Source: Anaerolineales bacterium (GTDB lineage Bacteria > Chloroflexota > Anaerolineae > Anaerolineales > DRKV01). Taken from it: a stretch of DNA of 58,325 nucleotides. The stretch spans positions 1 through 58,325 of the forward strand of contig DAOTWV010000060.1 of the NCBI GenBank assembly GCA_034435695.1, read 5' to 3'. The translations under genes were made by a program, and so were the position numbers. Positions 8,970 to 17,956 of the stretch are shown in pieces (positions within the stretch are counted from its first letter, which is position 1; each line of letters begins with the position of its first letter). The notes under the pieces are model-generated. The model made no database searches, was not told where the DNA came from, and saw nothing but the letters and a program-made list of their open reading frames with translations.

Positions 8970-10139
8970 TTATCCGAAGAATATCGAGCGGCGTTGTGAG
9001 AGGCGCTTGTAAATCATCTCCTGGACGATGTTGCGCGTCTGGTCGGTGAGTTGGGAGACCAGGACGAGGTTATCGGCAGCGTCCGGGCTGTAGCCGTCCA
9101 TGGCAAGGGGTTCTCCGAAGTCGATGTACCATTTGGTGGGCAGGGGAATCAGCCCCAGCAGCCCCAGCCAGGGCCACGTCGGGCTGATAGGGAAGTAGGG
9201 GAAACCTGTGAGTTTTGCCAGAGTTTGCGATTTGTAAAGCGAGATGTAGGTTTCCTCTGCGCCTACGACGGCTACGGGAATGATGGGGGCGCGTGCTCGC
9301 AATGCCATGCGCACAAATCCACCCCGGCCAAAGCGCGCCAGACGATACCGGTCGCGGAAGAGTTTGCCCACGCCCTTGTACCCTTCCGGGAAGACGGCCA
9401 CCAATTCATCGGCTTCCAGCAGGCGGATGCCGTTTTCTTCGTTTGCCATAGCCTGTCCCAGTTTCTCGAATGTGGCTGAGATGAAGGGCAGGGTGGGGAA
9501 CCAGTCGGCGTACAGGGTGCGCACCAGACGGCGGGCGGGGTGTTCGTTGTACACGGCCAGGCCAATCATGCTTCCGTCGAAGGGGAGTTGCCCGGAGTGG
9601 TTGGCCACCAGCAAGGCCCGGCCCTCCTCCGGGACGTTTTCCAGCCCGGTGACTTCCACGCGCCAGTACTTGTAATACAGGAACTCGAAGAAGGGGCGCA
9701 CGGCTTCCAGGAATTCCATGTCCAGGCCCCATTCATCGGTTTCATATTCGCCTGTCATGCGGCGTTTGAGGATATCCCCCTGGTATTCCAGGGTGTAGTT
9801 GAGCATGTACCAGATGCCTTTCCAGGTATCCGGGTCGAAAAGGTCTTCGTTGATAGTCTCGCGCAGACGTTCCAGGATGTTGAGTTGGAAGTCGGCAGGA
9901 AGACGGGCGATGTTTTCGCGAATCAGGTCGATGAGGGCGCGCGGGGTGAAGGGAGGCGGTGTGTAGTCGGGTTGCCGGGCACGGATGCGCTCGATGAGGT
10001 CATCCAGTTCTTTTTTCAGGTCGGCGCGAAAGGCTGCGTCGTCCTCTGGCGAGGCGGCTTCGGGTTGTTGCGAGGTATCCTGGGGGGCAGCGGCGGGTTC
10101 CTCCGTCGGTGTGGTTTGCAATTCGTCCTGTTCGTTCAT
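8970..10139 (-). CDS. PlsC/LPLAT-family acyltransferase (lysophospholipid acyltransferase-like) with an acidic N-terminal extension
   Basis: 389 aa. Motif I-like LLVANHSGQLPFDG, motif III VFPEGYKG, motif IV APIIPVAVVGAEE. Only 3 nt gaps to both neighbouring genes. Confidence 0.8.
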   Translation of the reverse strand: MNEQDELQTTPTEEPAAAPQDTSQQPEAASPEDDAAFRADLKKELDDLIERIRARQPDYTPPPFTPRALIDLIRENIARLPADFQLNILERLRETINEDLFDPDTWKGIWYMLNYTLEYQGDILKRRMTGEYETDEWGLDMEFLEAVRPFFEFLYYKYWRVEVTGLENVPEEGRALLVANHSGQLPFDGSMIGLAVYNEHPARRLVRTLYADWFPTLPFISATFEKLGQAMANEENGIRLLEADELVAVFPEGYKGVGKLFRDRYRLARFGRGGFVRMALRARAPIIPVAVVGAEETYISLYKSQTLAKLTGFPYFPISPTWPWLGLLGLIPLPTKWYIDFGEPLAMDGYSPDAADNLVLVSQLTDQTRNIVQEMIYKRLSQRRSIFFG

Positions 10140-10142
10140 CGT

Positions 10143-11195
10143 TCAGGCTCCTTTGGATTGGCGAGCGGCGTAGGTTCTGCGACGACGTTCGATGATATCG
10201 CGCAGGCGTTCTTCGTCATAAGTGCGACTGGCGGCTTCGGGCATATACCGACGCATGCGTTGCTGCCCGGCAAATTCCCGTAAGGCCTCCTCGGCAGTGT
10301 ACTGAGGCATGAAGCCCAGCACTTCGTGCATACGCTGCGTGTCGGCTACCCAGCGATAGCGCAGGTAATCCGGTTCGATGGGGAAATGCCGCGCCAACGG
10401 CCCGCCGGCACTGACAGCCCAATAGGCTGCCGGGTGCAGCACAGGGAGGGGGATTTTGCCCACAATGGCCAGTATTTTGGTCAGGGGCAAGATGCCTTCC
10501 GCTGCGACGTTGTATACGCCGGGGTAATCCTCCTGGATGGTGTGCATCAGAGCAGCGAGGACATCTTCCTGGTGGATGACTTGCATCATGGGGTCAAAGC
10601 CCAGCAAAATGGGGGCTTTGCTATCGCTCAGGAAACGTACAAGGGGGGTGTTGACATCCGGCCCAATGATTCCAGGGAAGCGCAGGATGGTGAGGGTAAT
10701 TTTCGGGTATTGGCGTCGGAAGCCGTTGAAGAAAGATTCGATTTCCAGGTTATCCCGGTTATACCCGTACTGGCGGCTGCCGTGTACGGGGCGTTCTTCG
10801 CGCAGGAAAGCAGGATTGCGCGGGGACGCGCCGTACACCCGCGTGCTGCTTTTGAAAACCACCTTGCGCACACCGGCCTCGGCGCAGGCGCCCATGAACT
10901 TCATGGTGCCGATGACGTTGTGGTCGAAGGCCGATTCGGTGCGCCGGTAACTCTCGATGAAGGCCAGGTGACACACCGTGTCCACTTTTTCCAGTTGCAG
11001 TAATTCCAGCAGGAGCGGGTTGCGGATGTCTGCCTGGATGAAGTCCAGGTTTTTGATTTCTTTTTTGGGCGGATGGGCGTCAATGCCTATCACACGCAGG
11101 CCAGGGGTATCACACAAACGCGTGGCCAGGCGGCTTCCCCACTGGTTGGCTACGCCAGTGATGAGGACGGTTTTGGGTTTTTTCTTTCGGGGCAT
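10143..11195 (-). CDS. Extended-SDR, NAD-dependent epimerase/dehydratase-family protein (atypical active site)
   Basis: 350 aa with an AGGAG RBS. N-terminal Rossmann VLITGVANQWGSRL. Epimerase-like core VVFKSSTRVYG...QYGYNRDNLE, where the expected YxxxK reads YxxxR by eye. Confidence 0.75.
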   Translation of the reverse strand: MPRKKKPKTVLITGVANQWGSRLATRLCDTPGLRVIGIDAHPPKKEIKNLDFIQADIRNPLLLELLQLEKVDTVCHLAFIESYRRTESAFDHNVIGTMKFMGACAEAGVRKVVFKSSTRVYGASPRNPAFLREERPVHGSRQYGYNRDNLEIESFFNGFRRQYPKITLTILRFPGIIGPDVNTPLVRFLSDSKAPILLGFDPMMQVIHQEDVLAALMHTIQEDYPGVYNVAAEGILPLTKILAIVGKIPLPVLHPAAYWAVSAGGPLARHFPIEPDYLRYRWVADTQRMHEVLGFMPQYTAEEALREFAGQQRMRRYMPEAASRTYDEERLRDIIERRRRTYAARQSKGA

Positions 11196-11223
11196 GGTGA
11201 CTCCTGAAGACTGGAAGGGCAGG

Positions 11224-13404
11224 TTACTTTTTGCGGCGGAACAAGAGGAAGAGGCTCAAGAGGGCAAAACCGGCGGTCAGCCAGGCCCAGGTGCTTTCTT
11301 CGTCTCTGCGGCGGACGCCTTTGGCGGCTGGCGGAAGTTTGGCCAATTTTTGGGCAGCCTCAGCCTGGAAGCGGGCGAAACGTTCAGGGTCATTGCGCAG
11401 CGCATCGGCCAGGGCGCGTTTTTCGGCGACGAAGTCATCGGTGACGTAGCGTCCAAAGGAACGAAGCCCGGCAATCTGGAACTGGTGTTTTTTGAAGAGT
11501 TTGTAGATTTCCTTGACTTTTTCGATGGAGATGTTGCGTCCCAGCGTGTAATCTTCGAAGCGCCCTTCCATTGCCAGGAGGGCCGTTTCTGCCAGGCAAG
11601 CATAGGCTGTCTTGGGCGGCAGGCCGATGTCGTAGCCAAAGTCGATATCGCCGGGAATCAAGACTTCTCCGCTTTCGATGACGAGTACATCCGGGCGCAG
11701 GGCGGCTTCTTCCTCGCTGATATCGGGGGGGCGGGCTACATCGCAGATGACAGCCCCTGGTTTGCAGCGGGTGATGTCAATCACGCGTTGACCAAAGGCC
11801 GATGTGGTGGTAACAATCAAATCACAATCGCCGACGACTTCGTCGGTGCGGGTGGCGATGGTAACGTGTGCCTGAGGGGTTTCTTCCAGAATGCGGCGTT
11901 TCAAGTCTATCAATTTGGCGGGGTTGGGCGCTACCAGAACGACATCGTAAATGGCTTGTGCCAGCAGGCGGGAGCACACCGCCCCAATGGAGCCGGTTGC
12001 GCCCACGACCATGGCTTTGCCTTTGGTCAGGTCTTGCGCGCCCATCTTGATTACCGCCTGTTTGGCGGCTTCAAGCGTGGCGGCCACTGTCAGACTGTTG
12101 CCGCTGGTAATGGCGATATCGGCTTCGTGCGCCACGGTGATGCCGGCATCTCCCACGACGCTGGTGAATGCTCCCAGCCCCATGATGCGCGCTCCCAGGC
12201 GTTCAGCCATACGGGCAGCCTGATTGAGTTTCCGATAGGTGAAATGTTCGCTGTGGCGCATCATCTGGCGCGGGGTAGCGCCCAGGGAAATCAAATGCCC
12301 TTCGATTTTTTGCCCCGTGGTGGGAGATTGCCCGCCGGTGATACGCGAGATGTAGATGGGCGGAATGTAGGCCGCGATGGTCTCGACGAGTGCATCGGGC
12401 AGGTACCGCGTCCACCGGAACCACTTGTGCTTGTGGATGAATTCTACGTTGAGGGGGTGGATGACGAAGGCGAAGCGGTTGATTTCGGCTTCGTCAGGTT
12501 GCAAAAAGTGAATTACCGGCTGCCACTCGAGGTCGGCGACCATATCCAGGTACGTGTTTTCGGTCAGCGGTTGGGATTCATCGTGGCGCAAAGCCACGAG
12601 GACAGCCTCTACCATGGCCGCGGAACGATGGTCCAAATCCCCATCCGATTCGAGTTTGGGAATGAGGTTGACCACAATGGAGACCCCGCGCTGGCGCAAG
12701 TCGTCCAGGTCTTCGGCGCTTGCCCATTCGGTGACCACAATTTTGCGTTTGAGTCTGGCAGGGGCGTAACGGCGGATAGCGCCAATGTCTCCCGCGAGCA
12801 CATCTGCCCAAAGGAATGGCTTTTCGCTGCGCGGTGTCCCAGGGTTTCCCGCCTGGGGCGTGATGCGCCGGAAAGGAGCCTCGTTGAGTTGTTCCAGGGT
12901 AGGGAGAGCGATGCGTGAAGCCAGGTTGGGGGAGGTGAACAGTGGAAAATCGGGTAAAGCGAAATACACAACAGGGTCGGCGTAGCGAATGTCCTCGGTG
13001 TAGCGCCGCATTCCTTTTACCAAACTCTGATGGTTGAGGCCGGGAACCATCAGAACGCGCTTTTTGCTGAACAAACCAGGCTGGGCGCGCTCTGCGAGGA
13101 TGAGGCTCCAACTCTCCAGGCTGTGACGCACCCCATGTCCGTCCACCACCGGGGTGTTGGGGGCCGCCTCAGGAAAGGTACTACCTGTTTTGTGATACAT
13201 GCGATAGCCGGCCAGGTTGAGTTCTGCCGGGTACCCTTCCAGGCCGATAGCGTCCACCTGCCCATCGTGTTCCTGCAACAGGGCACGGACGCGTTCGGGG
13301 TCTCCCCCAGCCCCAACCCTGCGTACATGAATTTCTTCTCCCAGAATGCGGGCAACGGTTTGCTCTTCTCCCTCACCCAGGTGTACAATCAGAACTTTCT
13401 TCAT
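11224..13404 (-). CDS. Tripartite fusion: uncharacterised N-terminal domain (about 330 aa), long-chain acyl-ACP reductase (AAR)-like dehydrogenase domain, and a C-terminal TM anchor
   Basis: 726 aa. The C-terminal half aligns by eye with cyanobacterial acyl-ACP reductase: [37 protein letters not shown] (Rossmann), [35 protein letters not shown] (Cys at the position of the AAR catalytic Cys). The tail [21 protein letters not shown] is a TM anchor. GAGG RBS. Confidence 0.7.
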   Translation of the reverse strand: MKKVLIVHLGEGEEQTVARILGEEIHVRRVGAGGDPERVRALLQEHDGQVDAIGLEGYPAELNLAGYRMYHKTGSTFPEAAPNTPVVDGHGVRHSLESWSLILAERAQPGLFSKKRVLMVPGLNHQSLVKGMRRYTEDIRYADPVVYFALPDFPLFTSPNLASRIALPTLEQLNEAPFRRITPQAGNPGTPRSEKPFLWADVLAGDIGAIRRYAPARLKRKIVVTEWASAEDLDDLRQRGVSIVVNLIPKLESDGDLDHRSAAMVEAVLVALRHDESQPLTENTYLDMVADLEWQPVIHFLQPDEAEINRFAFVIHPLNVEFIHKHKWFRWTRYLPDALVETIAAYIPPIYISRITGGQSPTTGQKIEGHLISLGATPRQMMRHSEHFTYRKLNQAARMAERLGARIMGLGAFTSVVGDAGITVAHEADIAITSGNSLTVAATLEAAKQAVIKMGAQDLTKGKAMVVGATGSIGAVCSRLLAQAIYDVVLVAPNPAKLIDLKRRILEETPQAHVTIATRTDEVVGDCDLIVTTTSAFGQRVIDITRCKPGAVICDVARPPDISEEEAALRPDVLVIESGEVLIPGDIDFGYDIGLPPKTAYACLAETALLAMEGRFEDYTLGRNISIEKVKEIYKLFKKHQFQIAGLRSFGRYVTDDFVAEKRALADALRNDPERFARFQAEAAQKLAKLPPAAKGVRRRDEESTWAWLTAGFALLSLFLLFRRKK

Positions 13405-13419
13405 GATGGCCTCGGTTTT

Positions 13420-13851
13420 TCACTTCAATGCCAGGTGTCCATACCCTTTTTCTCGCAAGAGTGCCGGATATCGTTTGTACAAAGGTTGCACGGCGGGGAG
13501 CAACTTGAGAATTTTAGGGATTGGGCCTTCGGCGATGATGTCTTTTTTGGCCAACGCCCCCATCAAATTGACTTTGCCATGCCAGAATGCGTGTGCAATG
13601 TCGGCCTTCATGCGCATCACTACGTCAGGTTTGAGGTCGCAGTCTCCGTGAATAACATCCACATAAGCGCCAGGCTGCGTGGGTTTGCTGCGCGCATTGA
13701 TGGTCGTCATGGCCTCTGGTTCGGTATAGCGAAACTGGATGACGATACCCGATTTCCCGATTTTCCCCCCCACCTTGGGGTCCATCTTAGCCTCATCCAT
13801 CAAGGCACCGACGCAATCGTAAAACTCCTGGGATGTTTTGAAAACGGACAT
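13420..13851 (-). CDS. SCP2 lipid-carrier domain protein (first gene of the operon)
   Basis: The internal ATG at 13851 of track ORF 13420..14028 gives MSVFKTSQEFYDCVGALMDEAK...GIVIQFRYTEPEAMTTINA...MRMKADIAHAFWHGKVNLMGALAKKDIIAEGP (SCP2-like). GAGGAG RBS 7 nt upstream. Confidence 0.7.
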   Translation of the reverse strand: MSVFKTSQEFYDCVGALMDEAKMDPKVGGKIGKSGIVIQFRYTEPEAMTTINARSKPTQPGAYVDVIHGDCDLKPDVVMRMKADIAHAFWHGKVNLMGALAKKDIIAEGPIPKILKLLPAVQPLYKRYPALLREKGYGHLALK

Positions 13852-13911
13852 GACACGCTCCTCTGTGTGTTGAAAAAGCCTGCAAAGAAAGTTGTACGGA
13901 CGTATAAAGGT

Positions 13912-13940
13912 AGTATAGTCACCTTGCTGCATCGCGTCAA
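13912..13940 (-). promoter_or_regulatory. Sigma-70-type promoter of the SCP2/AAR-like/SDR/acyltransferase/SCP2 operon
   Basis: The minus strand reads TTGACG (13940-13935), a 17-nt spacer, then TATACT (13917-12), about 60 nt upstream of the SCP2 ATG. It is back-to-back with an extended -10 TGGTACAAT (13962-13970) for dsbA on the plus strand. Confidence 0.5.
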
Positions 13941-14007
13941 GCAGAGAAATGGGTGCACTCTGGTACAATTGGGCGAAATCCCCATCGCATTTACGGAGAA
14001 GAATTTC

Positions 14008-14850
14008 ATGGACATGCAACCAGAACAAGAAGAACTGAAATCCCCCGAAACAACCGAACAGAGCATCTCCCCGAAAGAATCAGAGTCCTCCCCTGTGTTG
14101 AGCATCCAACTGTATTCGTGGGCGACCCCCATAGTTGCCCTCGTCGCCCTGGTGGTAGGGTTGCTGGGAGGCTATTTTTTGCGCCCCGTGATTAGCGGCG
14201 AGAAAAGCGCGCCTGTGGCGGCTGGCACCGTTGCCACCGCAGAACCCATAGACCCGCAAGCCGCGTTACCAGCTACACCTCCGGAAGACCTGGAAGCCCG
14301 CCGTAAGGCGCTCATGGACGCGCTGCTTGCACAAACCAAGCACTTCAAAGGCAATCCGGATGCGCCAGTTACGATTCTGGAGTTCAGTGATTTTCAGTGC
14401 CCATACTGCGGGCGCTTTTTCGCTGAAGTGGAACCACAAATCAATCAACAGTACATCGAGAACGGACAGGTGCGCATGGGGTACATCCACTTTGCCTTTC
14501 TGGGACAGGAGTCTCTGTGGGCGGCTGAGGCCAGCGAGTGCGCTGCCGACCAGGATGCCTTTTGGGAGTTTCACGATAAACTTTTCAACAGCCAAAACGG
14601 CGAAAATCGTGGCGCGTTCAGCAAGGATAACCTGAAGAAATTTGCCGCAGAGTTAGGACTGGATACGGATACCTTCAACCAGTGCCTGGATGGCGGCAAG
14701 TACAGCGCCTACGTTCAGTCACAAGTAAACGTGGGGCGACAGATTGGTGTGCAAAGCACCCCCACGTTTCTTGTCAATGGACAGGCTGTCGTCGGTGCAC
14801 AGCCATTCAGTGCTTTTCAGCAGGCTATCGAGAACAGTCTTGGGCAGTAG
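14008..14850 (+). CDS. DsbA-family thiol:disulfide oxidoreductase, membrane-anchored
   Basis: This is the C-terminal 280 aa of track ORF 13030..14850, with the ATG at 14008 after a GGAGAAG RBS. It has a TM segment (WATPIVALVALVVGLLGGYF) and a thioredoxin-fold CPYC motif (FSDFQCPYCGRF). Confidence 0.85.
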   Translation: MDMQPEQEELKSPETTEQSISPKESESSPVLSIQLYSWATPIVALVALVVGLLGGYFLRPVISGEKSAPVAAGTVATAEPIDPQAALPATPPEDLEARRKALMDALLAQTKHFKGNPDAPVTILEFSDFQCPYCGRFFAEVEPQINQQYIENGQVRMGYIHFAFLGQESLWAAEASECAADQDAFWEFHDKLFNSQNGENRGAFSKDNLKKFAAELGLDTDTFNQCLDGGKYSAYVQSQVNVGRQIGVQSTPTFLVNGQAVVGAQPFSAFQQAIENSLGQ

Positions 14851-14853
14851 GGT

Positions 14854-15474
14854 ATGAAGCAAAAGCATTTCATCGACTCGCACAAAGGCGCCACCTTTTT
14901 CTTTGTGTTGGCGTTGATTGCCTGGTACCGGCAATGGGAAAATCCCACTGCGTGGATATACCTCGCCCTGCACGGCTCTTACGGTTTCCTGTGGGTGCTG
15001 AAGAGTCGCATTTTTCCCGATAAGCAATGGGAACAGCCCGCTTCTATCTGGTATGGGCTGTACATCTGGGGTGGGCTTTCGCTTTACTGGGTGGCTCCCT
15101 GGATGTTGACTTCCCGCAGTGTACACGCGCCTGCATGGCTGCTTGGTGCGTGCGTATTCCTGTATGCCTTTGGCGTGTTCACGCACTTTAGCAGTGACAT
15201 GCAAAAGTACGTACAATTGCGCCTGAACCCCGGCCACTTGATTACGGATGGCTTTTTTGCTTATAGCCGTAATATCAATTACTTTGGGGAGTTGTTGATT
15301 TACCTTAGTTTTGCTTTGCTCCCCATGCATTGGTTGCCGGTGCTTATTCTTGTTGTGCTCATAGGCTTTGGATGGATGCCTTACATGCGTCGCAAGGAGG
15401 CCTCCATTTCTCGTTATCCTGAATTTGCGGACTACAGCCGGCGGGTGAAGAAATTCATTCCCTTTGTGTGGTAG
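14854..15474 (+). CDS. Polytopic membrane protein, ICMT/PEMT/DUF1295-like putative methyltransferase
   Basis: 206 aa, 3 nt after the dsbA stop. Multiple TM segments. The C-terminal LITDGFFAYSRNINYFGELLIY...RRKEASISRYPEFADY is typical of the isoprenylcysteine carboxyl methyltransferase / steroid-reductase-like superfamily. Confidence 0.6.
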   Translation: MKQKHFIDSHKGATFFFVLALIAWYRQWENPTAWIYLALHGSYGFLWVLKSRIFPDKQWEQPASIWYGLYIWGGLSLYWVAPWMLTSRSVHAPAWLLGACVFLYAFGVFTHFSSDMQKYVQLRLNPGHLITDGFFAYSRNINYFGELLIYLSFALLPMHWLPVLILVVLIGFGWMPYMRRKEASISRYPEFADYSRRVKKFIPFVW

Positions 15475-15505
15475 CGAAGCCAGGTGCTTTCAGCGTAAAA
15501 TCAAA

Positions 15506-15538
15506 CGGCAGCCCGATGCAAAATCGGGCTGCCGTTTT
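15506..15538. terminator. Bidirectional intrinsic terminator
   Basis: CGGCAGCCCGAT-GCAAA-ATCGGGCTGCCG is a perfect 12-bp stem. It is followed by TTTT and preceded by AAA, and lies between convergent 14854..15474 (+) and clpP (-). Confidence 0.85.
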
Positions 15539-15568
15539 GGGTAAAGGTACCCGCCCTTTGGAGGGGGG

Positions 15569-16207
15569 TCATAATTCGGCGGGTTCGCTGCGGTGAGGCA
15601 CGGCTTTGTCATCCGGGGGAGATAAAACCTTGTCCACCAGGCCGTATTCGGCAGCCTGCTGTGCGCTCATGTAGAAATCGCGTTCGGTGTCCCGCTCGAT
15701 GACCTCAATGCTTTGTCCAGTATGGAAAGAGAGAATTTCGTTCAAGCGGGCCTTGAGGCGCAAAATTTCGCGTGCCTGGATTTCGATGTCGGATGCCTGT
15801 CCCTGTGCGCCGCCCAAAGGCTGGTGCATGTGGATGGTGGCATGCGGCAGGGCAAAGCGACGCCCTTTGGTGCCGGCGGTCAGGAGAACGGTGCCAAACG
15901 AAGCGGTCACACCCACGGCAACTGTGCTGATGGGGTTGCTGAGCATTTGCATAGTATCGTAAATCGCCATGCCTGCATAGACCTGTCCGCCAGGAGAATT
16001 GATGTACATCTGAATTTCACGTTCCGGGTCTTCCTGATTGAGGTATAGCAGTTGTGCCACAATCAGGTTCGCGACCTGGTCATTGATGGGGGTGCCGAGG
16101 AAGACGATGCGATTCTTCAACAGCAGCGAGTAGATATCAAACGCTCTTTCGCCGCGTCCAGTGGTTTCGATGACCATAGGCACAAGCGATTGCGGAATGT
16201 TGTTCAT
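15569..16207 (-). CDS. clpP: ATP-dependent Clp protease proteolytic subunit
   Basis: The internal ATG at 16207 has a GGAAGGAAG RBS and gives [38 protein letters not shown]...YINSPGG...TASFG...HMHQP. The Ser/His/Asp triad context is present. Confidence 0.95.
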   Translation of the reverse strand: MNNIPQSLVPMVIETTGRGERAFDIYSLLLKNRIVFLGTPINDQVANLIVAQLLYLNQEDPEREIQMYINSPGGQVYAGMAIYDTMQMLSNPISTVAVGVTASFGTVLLTAGTKGRRFALPHATIHMHQPLGGAQGQASDIEIQAREILRLKARLNEILSFHTGQSIEVIERDTERDFYMSAQQAAEYGLVDKVLSPPDDKAVPHRSEPAEL

Positions 16208-16351
16208 AGTACTTCCTTCCCTTCTCAGTGGATGACGGAAATCGTCCGGGTAACGATGGTGGCTTGAAACAGCCACCTGTATTTTACCCGCAATCTAAAG
16301 GGTTCTGGTGTTGGAGTTTCGTTAGATGTTGCCTTTTGTGGCTGGAGACGT

Positions 16352-16383
16352 AAAAAAAGGCGGCCTGGAGAACAGACCGCCTT
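16352..16383 (-). terminator. Intrinsic terminator downstream of tig
   Basis: The minus-strand RNA reads AAGGCGG-13 nt-CCGCCUU followed by UUUUUUU (A-run 16352-16358 on the plus strand), 24 nt after the tig stop. Confidence 0.7.
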
Positions 16384-16406
16384 TGGAAGGTTCACCGGGA
16401 ATTTTT

Positions 16407-17864
16407 TTATTCTTCTGCGGTGGTTTCTTCTTCAGCCGCGGGGGCGGCTTCTTCGGAGGTGCTTTCCTCTTCCGATGGCGCTTCTTCAGGGGCGGCTTCT
16501 TCAGCCGTCTCTGTTTCGCTTTGCGGCTCCTCGGCCTTGCCCTGAGCGATTTCGCTCAAGCGGGCGGTCGCTTTGTCGGTTACCAAATCCATCATGACCG
16601 AACTGACCAGTTCGTTGATGGCCTGTCGGTTTTTGAGCAATTTGCGAAATTCTTTTTCCGGCATGCGATTGGCGAGGGTATCCAACACAGCCAGGGTACC
16701 GTTTTGCACTTCTTCTTCACTGGGCTCGATTTTTTCTTCTTCAGCGAGTTGGTAGACTACCAGAGAACGGCGTACCCGGTATTCTGCGGCATCACGCAAT
16801 TCCGCATTGAACTCCTCTTCATTTTGTTCTTTGATTTTCAGGTACGTTTCCAGTGAAATGCCCTGTTGCGCAAGGTTGCTGGTAAAGTCCTCGCGCAGTT
16901 CCTCCAGTTCTCTCTCCAGGGCTACCGGCGGATATTTGATTTCGGACTGCTCGACCAGGGCATCCAGCGCCTGATTTGCGTATTCCTTATCGTATTCTGC
17001 GCGCTTGGACTCTTCCAACATGGTGCGCACTTCAGCACGCAAGTCATCCATGGTTTCGAAATCGCCCACGGATTGTGCGAATTCATCGTCCAGTTCGGGA
17101 AGTTCCCGCTCGGTGACTTTTTCCACTTTGATGTGGAAACGTGCCTTGACGCCCTGGAACATCTCGCTTTCGAAATCTTCGGGGAATTCGTGTTCGACTT
17201 CTTTTTCCTCACCCGTGGACATGCCCACCACCAGACGCGAAAAACCAGGGAATGGCCACTCGTGTTTGGTGTCTGCGTCTTCCGGCTCCACAAGTACCGG
17301 CACGTGACGGTCGGTGAGCAGGGCTTTTTCTTCACCCTCAGCAGCATCCAGGCGTTCTGCATTCAGGGTGATGTGCACCATGTCCCCATCTTGCGCCGGG
17401 CGGTCAACGGTGATGACCGTAGCCTGCCGTTGTCGCAACATCTCGATGAATTCGTCCACCTCTGCATCCGTGATTTCTTCATATTCGTAGGGCAGGCGCA
17501 GGGATTTGTAATCTCCCAGGGTGACTTCAGGCACCAATGGGACGGTGAAAACCAGTTTGAGCGGTTTGAGGTTGACGATATCCTCCAGTTTGCCTGGAGC
17601 AGCCGGTTCCACCTCGGCTTCGTCCAGCGCTTTAGGGTAGATTTCGTCAATCAGGATATCGATGGCCTTTTCAATGATGGCAGCCTCTCCCACCTGGCGG
17701 GCGACCACATCGTAGGGGGCTTTGCCCGGGCGGAAGCCAGGGATTTTGGTTTTGCGCGCGATATCGCGTGCAGCACGGCGCTGGGCACGTTCAAAGGTTT
17801 TGTCTTCGACCTCAATGGTCAGCGTTACCTGATGGTCTTCGGTGTATTTCTTTTCGAGTTTCAA
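16407..17864 (-). CDS. tig: Trigger factor
   Basis: The true start is most likely TTG at 17864 (caa at 17862-17864), preceded by GAAGGAAGTGGAG. The product (M)KLEKKYTEDHQVTLTIEVEDKTFERAQRRAARDIARKTKIPGFRPGKAPYDVV matches the trigger-factor N-terminus. It has an acidic low-complexity C-tail. The track ORF extends spuriously to 18089, across the tRNA. Confidence 0.9.
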   Translation of the reverse strand: MKLEKKYTEDHQVTLTIEVEDKTFERAQRRAARDIARKTKIPGFRPGKAPYDVVARQVGEAAIIEKAIDILIDEIYPKALDEAEVEPAAPGKLEDIVNLKPLKLVFTVPLVPEVTLGDYKSLRLPYEYEEITDAEVDEFIEMLRQRQATVITVDRPAQDGDMVHITLNAERLDAAEGEEKALLTDRHVPVLVEPEDADTKHEWPFPGFSRLVVGMSTGEEKEVEHEFPEDFESEMFQGVKARFHIKVEKVTERELPELDDEFAQSVGDFETMDDLRAEVRTMLEESKRAEYDKEYANQALDALVEQSEIKYPPVALERELEELREDFTSNLAQQGISLETYLKIKEQNEEEFNAELRDAAEYRVRRSLVVYQLAEEEKIEPSEEEVQNGTLAVLDTLANRMPEKEFRKLLKNRQAINELVSSVMMDLVTDKATARLSEIAQGKAEEPQSETETAEEAAPEEAPSEEESTSEEAAPAAEEETTAEE

Positions 17865-17901
17865 GGCTCCACTTCCTTCAATATAATAAAATTCATACAA
17901 C

Positions 17902-17925
17902 AGGGGCGACTGGGTTGCCGCCCCT
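17902..17925 (-). terminator. Hairpin downstream of tRNA-Leu (possible terminator)
   Basis: The minus strand reads AGGGGCG-10 nt-CGCCCCU followed by the U-rich GUUGUAUGAAUUUUAUUAU. Confidence 0.35.
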
Positions 17926-17956
17926 GAATACTCACAGGAGGTTGTTGTCAACACAA

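Noticed and set aside
10978-12918. 646-aa plus-strand ORF opposite the AAR-like fusion gene
   Set aside because: Antisense shadow typical of high-GC coding DNA. It has no RBS and an implausible composition, and it spans the SDR/AAR gene boundary.
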